A stretch of 64,000 bases of DNA, from the NCBI GenBank assembly GCA_041690255.1, contig JAWLHU010000008.1, positions 255,271 through 319,270 of the forward strand. The letters run 5' to 3'. The notes under the pieces are model-generated. The model made no database searches and was not told where the DNA came from. It saw nothing but the letters and a program-made list of their open reading frames with translations. Origin of the DNA: Symbiobacteriaceae bacterium (GTDB taxonomy: Bacteria > Bacillota > Sulfobacillia > Symbiobacteriales > Symbiobacteriaceae). A program made the translations under genes and the position numbers. This document shows positions 57,133-64,000 of the stretch, one piece after another. Every line of letters begins with the position of its first letter. The stretch's first letter is position 1.

Positions 57133-58686
57133 CTACCGCAGGTCGCTGATGCTGAAGACGAAGTTGAGCACCTTGCCGTCGGCCGTCTCCACCGTGACCA
57201 GCAGGTCATCGGTCGGGCTCAGCTCGCTGCTGTCGAACCGGACCGCAACGGTGCCGGTCACATCGGAGCCGTCGGCGCTGGTCATGTAGCTGGGCATACC
57301 CACAAGGCCGCCCTTCAGGGGCAGGGAGCCCTCCTGGGTCAGGTAGTACTTGGCGCCCTTCAGGAAGTCGGCCTTGTCGCCGTTGATCTGGAACTGGACC
57401 TCCAGCCGCTTGTAGACCTCCTCGGCCACCGCCTGCTGGAAGCCGACGCCCGGGGTGAAGCCGAACTCATAGGCCGACTCGATCCGGCGGGCCACATAGA
57501 GGAACTCGGTGTAGAGAATCGCGTAGTTCGAGCCGCTGACGGCGAGATAGTCCGGGTTGATGTCGACCCAGCCCGTCGCCCACTCCTCGCCGAACGCTGC
57601 CGCCTCCTGGATCTGGCTGGCGGTCAGGCCGATCAGAATGCCGCCCTCCTCGACGCCCTCTTCCTCGGCCACCTTACGAAGCTCATCTTGGGAGGCGAGG
57701 ATGATATCGGTGGTGAGGATCTGGCCCTGGCGCTTCACGGTGATCGTCACCTTGTTGCCCGGCTTCTTGGTCGCCAGGAAGGCGTACACGTCATCGCTGG
57801 TGGAGATCGGGGTCTCGTCCAGCTTGATCAACTTGTCGCCGGAGCGCAGGGCGGTCATGCCCGCCGGGCCATCCATAATAATGCCGGCGATCGTCACGCC
57901 CTCGGCGTCAGGCACGCCGAAGTAGGCCTCCCAGCCCTCATCCAAATGGATGCCGAGGACCGCCCGCTCCACCTTGCCATCCTTCAGAAGAACCTCAGCG
58001 ATCTCAATGGCGGTATTCATGGGAATGGCGAAGCCGAGGCCTTCCACGCCCAACTCCGCCATCTTGGCCGAGTTGATGCCGATCACCTCGCCCTTCATAT
58101 TGAAGAGCGGGCCGCCGGAGTTGCCGGGGTTGATCGGGGCATCGGTCTGGAGGAACTTGTAGGCCGAGCCAAGGGCACGGCCCGTGCCGGAGAGAATGCC
58201 GGCGCTGACCGAGTTGCCGAGCCGGAAGCCAAGCGGGTTACCGATTGCGATCACCTGCTCACCGATCGTCACGGCGTCGGAGTCGGCGAAGGGGAGCACG
58301 GTCAGATCGGTACGGGTGACCTTGATCACAGCCACGTCCGAGGTCGGATCAGCAAAGATATTGCTCGACGAGACGGTTTCCGTGGTCTTGTCGGCGTAGA
58401 GAATCTTGACCTCCTGGGCGTTCTCCACGACATGGGCGTTGGTGATGATGATCCCCGGCTTGTAGACGAAGCCGGTGCCCGCAGAACGGCCGCGGTCTGT
58501 GCCGCCCTGGGCCTTCATGGTCGTCAGAATCCCCACGACAGAGGGCTTGGCTGCGGCCGCGACCGATGCGATCGACGAAGCCGGGGCAGCGGTAGCCGAC
58601 TCCTCTGCCAGGGCGGGCAGGGAGAGAGCCGAGACCATGAGCAAGGCCAGAAGCAGCGAAAGCCAGCGCCGTTTCGTTACCATCAT
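57133..58686 (-). CDS. htrA: HtrA/DegP-family serine protease (intact triad) + PDZ + ~185-aa unknown C-terminal domain
   Basis: AAGGAGG SD, ATG 58686. Signal-anchor RRWLSLLLALLMVSALSLPALA. IIITNAHVV, SDVAVIKV, TDAPINPGNSGGPLFNMKGEVIGINS. Confidence 0.85.
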   Translation of the reverse strand: MMVTKRRWLSLLLALLMVSALSLPALAEESATAAPASSIASVAAAAKPSVVGILTTMKAQGGTDRGRSAGTGFVYKPGIIITNAHVVENAQEVKILYADKTTETVSSSNIFADPTSDVAVIKVTRTDLTVLPFADSDAVTIGEQVIAIGNPLGFRLGNSVSAGILSGTGRALGSAYKFLQTDAPINPGNSGGPLFNMKGEVIGINSAKMAELGVEGLGFAIPMNTAIEIAEVLLKDGKVERAVLGIHLDEGWEAYFGVPDAEGVTIAGIIMDGPAGMTALRSGDKLIKLDETPISTSDDVYAFLATKKPGNKVTITVKRQGQILTTDIILASQDELRKVAEEEGVEEGGILIGLTASQIQEAAAFGEEWATGWVDINPDYLAVSGSNYAILYTEFLYVARRIESAYEFGFTPGVGFQQAVAEEVYKRLEVQFQINGDKADFLKGAKYYLTQEGSLPLKGGLVGMPSYMTSADGSDVTGTVAVRFDSSELSPTDDLLVTVETADGKVLNFVFSISDLR

Positions 58687-58908
58687 ATACTTATGTACCT
58701 CCTTAAGGGATATCCCCCAACTATGACGTTCGGGAGCAGCCAGGCGATTCCCTGCTGAGTGGAAACGGAAGCAACCGGGGAACTTTCTGGGGTCTCCACC
58801 CGACACCGACGCCGCTGCGGAGACGAAAGTTAGGCCATTGTGTCTAACCCCTATTGGCGATACCCCCCACTCTATACAAAGTTGTATGATGGAAAAGGGG
58901 GGATGGAT

Positions 58909-59568
58909 ATGAGTCGCATCCTTTTTCTTGGTCACTTTGGTTCTGGCAAGACCGAGGTGGCCATTCATTATGCTCTTTCCTTGAGTACAGGACCAAAGCG
59001 ACCCATGCTGCTGGATCTGGATTTCATTACGCCCTACTATCGCTCGCGTGACATTCTTCCCGAACTGGAGGAGGCCGGGGTTACGGTAGTGGCACCCGAG
59101 GGCGATCTGCGACGGTCCGATCTGCCTGTGGTGACCGCCCGGGCCGTGCAGGCTCTGGTCACCTATGACGGTCCCGTGATCGGCGACATTGGGGGCGACG
59201 AGGGCGCCCGTGTCGTGGGCAGCCTCAACACCCAGCTCCCGCCTGGGTCCTACGAGGCGCTCATGGTCATTAACCCGTTCCGACCAGGCACCGGTTCACC
59301 CGAGCAGGTGGCCCAGTATGCCCGTTGGCTCGAACAGGTCGCCCGGATCAAGTTTACCGGCCTCGTCAACAACTCCAACGTAGGCCCGCTCACCCAGCCC
59401 GATCACGTGCTGGAGGGGCTGACTCAGGTGGAAGCCGCTGCACAACTGCTTGGGCTCCCTGTCCGCTTCACCGCGGCCCAGTCGGACATTGTTCCCGCCT
59501 TGTCCGGCCGAGAGGTCCTTCCCATGCAGCTCAGGATGCGGCCTCCCTGGGAATTGCGCGCCGTCTAG
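58909..59568 (+). CDS. P-loop NTPase (MinD/ParA/CooC-like superfamily), function unknown
   Basis: Walker A ILFLGHFGSGKTEVA; MLLDLD. ATG 58909 about 8 nt after a G-rich SD. Confidence 0.6.
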   Translation: MSRILFLGHFGSGKTEVAIHYALSLSTGPKRPMLLDLDFITPYYRSRDILPELEEAGVTVVAPEGDLRRSDLPVVTARAVQALVTYDGPVIGDIGGDEGARVVGSLNTQLPPGSYEALMVINPFRPGTGSPEQVAQYARWLEQVARIKFTGLVNNSNVGPLTQPDHVLEGLTQVEAAAQLLGLPVRFTAAQSDIVPALSGREVLPMQLRMRPPWELRAV

Positions 59569-59604
59569 GTCCGCCGTTTCTGAATCGCATGGGGATTTTC
59601 CTTT

Positions 59605-59838
59605 GTGAAGGGGGTTTCCAAGTTGCGTGAGATCAAACTGGAGCTGAACGAGAACCGCTGCAAGGGTTGCGAGCTCTGCGTGCAGGCCTGCCCCCGGGAC
59701 GTCCTGGCCATGGGCAGCAACATTAACGCCCTGGGGTACCGCCCCGCCGCCGTGATCGCGCCGGAGAAGTGCACGGGCTGCAAGGCCTGCGCCCTGGTCT
59801 GCCCCGAGGTTGTCTTTACGATCTACCAGTCCGCCTAG
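59605..59838 (+). CDS. 4Fe-4S ferredoxin-type delta subunit of 2-oxoacid:ferredoxin oxidoreductase
   Basis: CKGCELCVQACP and CTGCKACALVCP. The true start may be TTG 59623, 8 nt after GAAGGGGG. Confidence 0.8.
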   Translation: MKGVSKLREIKLELNENRCKGCELCVQACPRDVLAMGSNINALGYRPAAVIAPEKCTGCKACALVCPEVVFTIYQSA

Positions 59839-59851
59839 GAGGTGAGGTTCT

Positions 59852-60925
59852 GTGACTGAGAATATGCACCTGACGATGATGAAGGGGAACGAGGCTCTTG
59901 GCGAGGCGGCGATTCGTGCCGGCTGCCGGTTCTTCTTCGGCTACCCGATCACCCCGCAGTCAGAGTTGCCGGCCTATATGGCCCGCCGGATGCCCGAAGT
60001 CAGCGGGACCTACCTGCAGGCGGAGTCTGAGCTTGCGGCGGTCAACATGGTCCTTGGCGCTGCAGCGACCGGCGTCCGTGCCATGACCTCATCCTCCTCG
60101 CCGGGCTTCTCGCTGAAGCAGGAAGGCATCTCCTATATGATCGGTTCCCAGCTTCCCTGCGTCGTGGTCAACATCATGCGCGGTGGTCCTGGTCTCGGCA
60201 ATATCCAGCCGGCACAGGGCGACTACTTCCAGATGGTCAAGGGTGGCGGTCATGGTGACTACCACATGGTCACCCTCGCGCCATCGACCGTGCAAGAGTT
60301 GGTTGATTTGACCATGCTCGCCTTCGAACTGGCCGACCAGTACCGGAATCCGGTCGCCATTCTGGGCGATGGTCTGCTGGGCCAGACCATGGAGCCGGTC
60401 CGGTTCCCCGGCATGAAGGAGGATGACGCCGAGAAGGACTGGGCGCTGACCGGGGCCAAGGGGCGGGCCAAGCGGGTGGTCACCTCGCTGGAACTGAACC
60501 CCGAGAACCTGGAGGCCCACAACCTGAAGCTCCAGGAGAAGTTCGCCCGCATGAAGGCGAACGAGATCCGCTGGGAGGAGTACCTCTGCTCCGACGCTGA
60601 GATGGTCGTCGTGGCGTATGGTACCGCTGCCCGCATCGCCCGTGCGGCTGTCGATGCCGCCCGCTCCATCGGGTACAAGGTCGGCCTCTTCCGGCCCATC
60701 TCCCTGTGGCCTTTCCCGAGCGCCGGCCTCGCCAGGCTGGCGCAGAATGGGGTCCAGCGGTTCCTCGATGTGGAGATGTCCAGCGGCCAGATGATCGAGG
60801 ACGTGCAACTCGCCGTACTCGGCCAGGCCAAGGTCCACCTCTACGGCCGCATGGGCGGCGTTGTGCCGACCCCGCGGGAGGTCCTGCATGAGATCCAGAA
60901 GGTAATGGGAGGCGAGGCAAAGTGA
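59852..60925 (+). CDS. 2-oxoacid:ferredoxin oxidoreductase alpha subunit (KorA/VorB type)
   Basis: [29 protein letters not shown]...[33 protein letters not shown]. Confidence 0.9.
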   Translation: MTENMHLTMMKGNEALGEAAIRAGCRFFFGYPITPQSELPAYMARRMPEVSGTYLQAESELAAVNMVLGAAATGVRAMTSSSSPGFSLKQEGISYMIGSQLPCVVVNIMRGGPGLGNIQPAQGDYFQMVKGGGHGDYHMVTLAPSTVQELVDLTMLAFELADQYRNPVAILGDGLLGQTMEPVRFPGMKEDDAEKDWALTGAKGRAKRVVTSLELNPENLEAHNLKLQEKFARMKANEIRWEEYLCSDAEMVVVAYGTAARIARAAVDAARSIGYKVGLFRPISLWPFPSAGLARLAQNGVQRFLDVEMSSGQMIEDVQLAVLGQAKVHLYGRMGGVVPTPREVLHEIQKVMGGEAK

Positions 60926-61665
60926 AGCAGCTAGCAGGCATGCCCCAGGCGATGTCGCCGGTCGTGACCCACTACTGCCCTGGCTGCAGCCACGGCGTTG
61001 TTCACCGGCTGATCGCCGAAGTGATCGATGAGCTCGGAATTCGGGAGCGGACGATCGGCGTCGCTTCCGTTGGATGCTCTGTCCTGGCCTACAACTACTT
61101 TGAGACCGACTTCGTGCAGGCGCCGCACGGCCGGGCTCCCGCTGTCGCCACCGGTGTGAAGCGGGCCCGCCCTGACACGGTCGTCTTCACCTACCAGGGC
61201 GATGGTGACATGGCCGCGATCGGTACGTCTGAGATCATTCACGCGGCTGCACGCGGTGAGAAGATCACCGCGATCATGTACAACAACACGATCTACGGGA
61301 TGACCGGCGGCCAGATGTCGCCGACCACGCTCATGGGCGCTGTCACGGCGACCACCCCGTATGGCCGCGGCGAGGAAGCGGGGCATCCGTACCGGATGGC
61401 CGAGATTCTCGCCTCCATGCCCGGCGCCGCCTACGTGGCCCGAACCCACGTGGCCGATGTGGGCAATATCGTCAAGACGAAGCGGGCGATTAAGAAGGCC
61501 TTCGAACTGCAGTTGCAGGGCAAGGGCTTTACCATGGTCGAGGTCCTGGGCAACTGCCCCACCAACTGGGGCATTACCCCGTCGGAGGGCAACGCCTATG
61601 TCATGGGCGAGATGCTCCAGGCCTTCCCGCTCGGTGAGTTCAAGGACGTCACGAAGGGAGTGTAG
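60922..61665 (+). CDS. 2-oxoacid:ferredoxin oxidoreductase beta (TPP-binding) subunit
   Basis: [43 protein letters not shown] overlap with the alpha subunit. Confidence 0.9.
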   Translation: MKQLAGMPQAMSPVVTHYCPGCSHGVVHRLIAEVIDELGIRERTIGVASVGCSVLAYNYFETDFVQAPHGRAPAVATGVKRARPDTVVFTYQGDGDMAAIGTSEIIHAAARGEKITAIMYNNTIYGMTGGQMSPTTLMGAVTATTPYGRGEEAGHPYRMAEILASMPGAAYVARTHVADVGNIVKTKRAIKKAFELQLQGKGFTMVEVLGNCPTNWGITPSEGNAYVMGEMLQAFPLGEFKDVTKGV

Positions 61666-61669
61666 GCGA

Positions 61670-62224
61670 GTGTATACGCATGAGATTCTGATCGCGGGCT
61701 TCGGTGGTCAGGGCGTCCTGACAGCGGGGCAGCTCCTCGCCTACGGCGGCAACTTCGAGGGCAAGAAGGTCTCGTGGGTGCCGGCCTATGGCCCTGAGCA
61801 GCGCGGTGGCACCGCCAACTGCTCGGTCGTTATCTCCGACCACGAGGTCGCCTGCCCCCTCGTCTCTGAACCTACCGCCTGCATTGTCATGAACCAGCCC
61901 TCGCTGGAGAAGTTCGAGCACGTCGTGCAACCCGGCGGAGTGCTCGTAGTCAACACCTCGCTCTGCACGGGGAAGGCTACCCGCACCGACATTACCGTCG
62001 TGCCCGTCGCTGCCTCGGACATTGCCATTGAGCTCGGCTCTGTCAAGTTCGCCAACATGGTCGCCCTCGGCGCCATGCTGGCCGTCCTGCCGGCGGTCGA
62101 GACCGAGTCGGTGCTGAAGGCGCTGACCAAGGTGATGGGCGAGGACAAGGCCCGGTTTGTCCCGATCAACCGGACCGCCCTGCAAAGGGGTATGGATGTG
62201 GCCAGGCAGGTTGTGGGCTCATAG
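61670..62224 (+). CDS. 2-oxoacid:ferredoxin oxidoreductase gamma subunit
   Basis: GTG 61670 after GAAGGGAG. EILIAGFGGQGVLTAGQLLA...YGPEQRGGTANCSVVIS. The track ORF 61361 start lies inside the beta subunit. Confidence 0.85.
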   Translation: MYTHEILIAGFGGQGVLTAGQLLAYGGNFEGKKVSWVPAYGPEQRGGTANCSVVISDHEVACPLVSEPTACIVMNQPSLEKFEHVVQPGGVLVVNTSLCTGKATRTDITVVPVAASDIAIELGSVKFANMVALGAMLAVLPAVETESVLKALTKVMGEDKARFVPINRTALQRGMDVARQVVGS

Positions 62225-62235
62225 GAACAGTGGAT

Positions 62236-62264
62236 GGACCGCCCGAGACAAGGCGGTCCTTTTG
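62236..62264 (+). terminator. Intrinsic terminator of the oxidoreductase operon
   Basis: GGACCGCC, loop CGAGACAA, GGCGGTCC, then TTTTGC. Confidence 0.7.
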
Positions 62265-62446
62265 CTTGTGCGTGAAGGCGACTTGCTGGGTGACCGGTGA
62301 TGGTGGGGAGTCCCGGGGTTGCCTCCGGGCCGCGGGGGATGTGTGGGACTCACTCATTCATATGGAAGGAATGGTCTGGCATTTAACCGAACTCTCCCCA
62401 CGAAGTGCGAATGGGCTGGAATATCGGGGAATGGACACGCACAGCA

Positions 62447-64000
62447 ATGCAACATCTACAACCAACGTTGAGGCAGGTGTGGAGCGTGCGCAAGGATCGA
62501 ATTCTCCAGAGTCTCAGGTGCCTGGCGCCAGAGGGCACGGACCGTGGGGTCACCGCGACAGAGATCGCAGGCCATGCCGGGGTCGAGCGACACAATGCCA
62601 GTGCCGACTTGAACGAGCTGTGCCGAGAGGGGCTTGCCCGGAAAACGCCCGGCCGTCCGGTTCTCTTCTGGGCTGCGGGGAGCGAGCCGGCGCACGCCCG
62701 CACCCGCGCCCACGACCCGGCCCCCGGCGACCTGGACGACCTGATCGGGGCCTCGGGCAGCCTGCGCCGCGTCATTGAGCAGGCGAAGGCTGCCATACTC
62801 TATCCGCCCAGAGGCCTCCCCACACTGGTACTGGGTGGCACCGGGGCGGGTAAGAGCCGGTTAGCCGAAGCCATGCACCGATACGCCGTCCAGGCGGGCA
62901 TGATCAGGCCGGAAGCGCCCTTTGGCATCTTCAACTGCGCAGACTACGCTGCCAATCCGCAATTGTTGGTGGCGCAGCTCTTTGGCTACGTAAAGGGGGC
63001 CTTCACCGGGGCGGACAGGGATAATCCCGGGCTGATCGCCCAGATCGATGGCGGCATTCTGTTGCTGGACGAGATCCATCGGTTGCCGCCCGAAGGTCAG
63101 GAGATGCTCTTCCTGCTCATAGACAAAGGCGCCTTCCGATCCCTTGGGGACTCCCATCTGCACAGGGCATCGATCATGCTGATCGGGGCGACCTCCGAAG
63201 ACCCGCGCTCCAACTTGCTGCAGACCTTCCTGCGCCGTTTCCCGGTCGTGATCACCATGCCCAATCTGGAGGATCGGCCCCTGGAGGAGCGGCTGGAGCT
63301 GATCAACCGCTTCCTCCACGAGGAGGCGACCCGGGTGGGCAGGCCAATCGCCGCAAGCCCACTGGCCCTGGTCGCCCTGTTGTCATTTCGGGCCTCTGGG
63401 AATGTGGGTGAGCTGCGCAGTGCCGTCCTGCTGGGCTGTGCCAGGGCCTTCCTGAGCTTTACTGCGGCGGGGTCCGCCACCCGCACACTGCCGCTCTACC
63501 TCACCCATCTCGCTCCGGAAATTCAGCTCGCCTACCTGCGTGATGGCCCAATCACCCGGGAAGCTGATCTCGTGGTGGGGGTCGAAGACCGGCTCTATGC
63601 CCCGTCGCCGTCGGTAGCCGCATCCGGCCTGGCTGACGAGTGCAACGGCAGCGACGTGTACCGGGAGCTGGGGCGGCGGATTGCCTGCTACCGGGAGAGC
63701 GGCCTCCCGCCATCTTCGGTGCAGCACTTGATCCACGTGGATCTCGCCAACTACGTGCAGCGGCTGCTGAGGCGCAAGAACTGGTCCATGCGCATCCCTG
63801 ACCGGCTGCTCGAGGTGGTGGAGGGCTTCCTGAAGGCGGCCGGGGAAGGGCTTGGTTGCCGGTTCGGGCCGGAGGTCATGACGGGATTGGCGCTCCACCT
63901 GGGAAGCCGGGCTGTCGGGGAGACAGAGGACGCGGACAGTGCGCTGACGCTGGCCGGGTACTGTCCCCAGGAGTTCGCCGTGGTTCGGCGGTTGGTCCCC
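62447..64000 (+). CDS. Sigma-54-dependent LevR-type activator (wHTH + AAA+ + PRD), 3' end outside window
   Basis: Not in the ORF track (no stop within the window). Frame open from 62387. Walker A LVLGGTGAGKS, QLFGYVKGAFTGA (GAFTGA sigma-54 contact), ILLLDEIHRL, then a PRD-like segment ..MTGLALHLG. Alternative starts at 62411 and 62477. Confidence 0.8.
   Translation, partial: MQHLQPTLRQVWSVRKDRILQSLRCLAPEGTDRGVTATEIAGHAGVERHNASADLNELCREGLARKTPGRPVLFWAAGSEPAHARTRAHDPAPGDLDDLIGASGSLRRVIEQAKAAILYPPRGLPTLVLGGTGAGKSRLAEAMHRYAVQAGMIRPEAPFGIFNCADYAANPQLLVAQLFGYVKGAFTGADRDNPGLIAQIDGGILLLDEIHRLPPEGQEMLFLLIDKGAFRSLGDSHLHRASIMLIGATSEDPRSNLLQTFLRRFPVVITMPNLEDRPLEERLELINRFLHEEATRVGRPIAASPLALVALLSFRASGNVGELRSAVLLGCARAFLSFTAAGSATRTLPLYLTHLAPEIQLAYLRDGPITREADLVVGVEDRLYAPSPSVAASGLADECNGSDVYRELGRRIACYRESGLPPSSVQHLIHVDLANYVQRLLRRKNWSMRIPDRLLEVVEGFLKAAGEGLGCRFGPEVMTGLALHLGSRAVGETEDADSALTLAGYCPQEFAVVRRLVP

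Noticed and set aside
57688-58758. 356-aa plus-strand ORF
   Set aside because: It is antisense to the intact htrA gene.
62368-62386. Sigma-54 promoter (CTGGCATTTAACCGAAC) upstream of the LevR-like gene
   Set aside because: The -12 element is missing; there is no TTGC at the required 12-nt spacing from GG.

Overview
High-GC (roughly 60-65% by eye) chromosomal segment from an endospore-forming Bacillota/Clostridia-type organism. The lineage call rests on a spoVAC-spoVAD-spoVAEb operon, a YhcN/YlaJ spore lipoprotein and copper-amine-oxidase-N stalk domains. I support about 58 protein genes and saw no rRNA, tRNA or CRISPR array. Many long ORFs in the six-frame track are antisense artefacts of the high GC. 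Left to right: a LuxR/MalT regulator (5' partial), a GNAT, and two LiaF-like membrane proteins. Next come a small CD3324-family DNA-binding gene behind a candidate leader-peptide attenuator, a PIG-L deacetylase + GNAT pair, and spoVA. Then an MFS + ArsR pair, a SodF-type SOD, and a 1752-aa surface protein with 12 tandem MBG domains. Then pepF, a ferredoxin-thioredoxin-reductase-like fusion protein, a decayed fatty-acid hydroxylase pseudogene next to a ~21/85-bp repeat array, housekeeping/accessory enzymes, and class I LysRS. A paaX-led beta-oxidation block (enoyl-CoA hydratases, 3-hydroxyacyl-CoA dehydrogenase ... thiolase) is split by opposite-strand Pit/DUF47 and ABC-exporter genes. The most unusual region is 47.5-58.7 kb. 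It holds a cysteine-free alpha-2-macroglobulin translationally coupled to an exported MEMO-like protein, and a stalk-domain lipoprotein. It also holds an HtrA paralogue with all three catalytic residues replaced, a very regular 10/11-bp (21-bp period) GGGCAATG array split by a decayed IS3-family element, and an intact HtrA with an extra C-terminal domain. The window ends with a P-loop gene + four-subunit 2-oxoacid:ferredoxin oxidoreductase operon and a sigma-54/LevR-type activator (3' partial). All functional calls come from motif and family recognition by eye; no database search was run.
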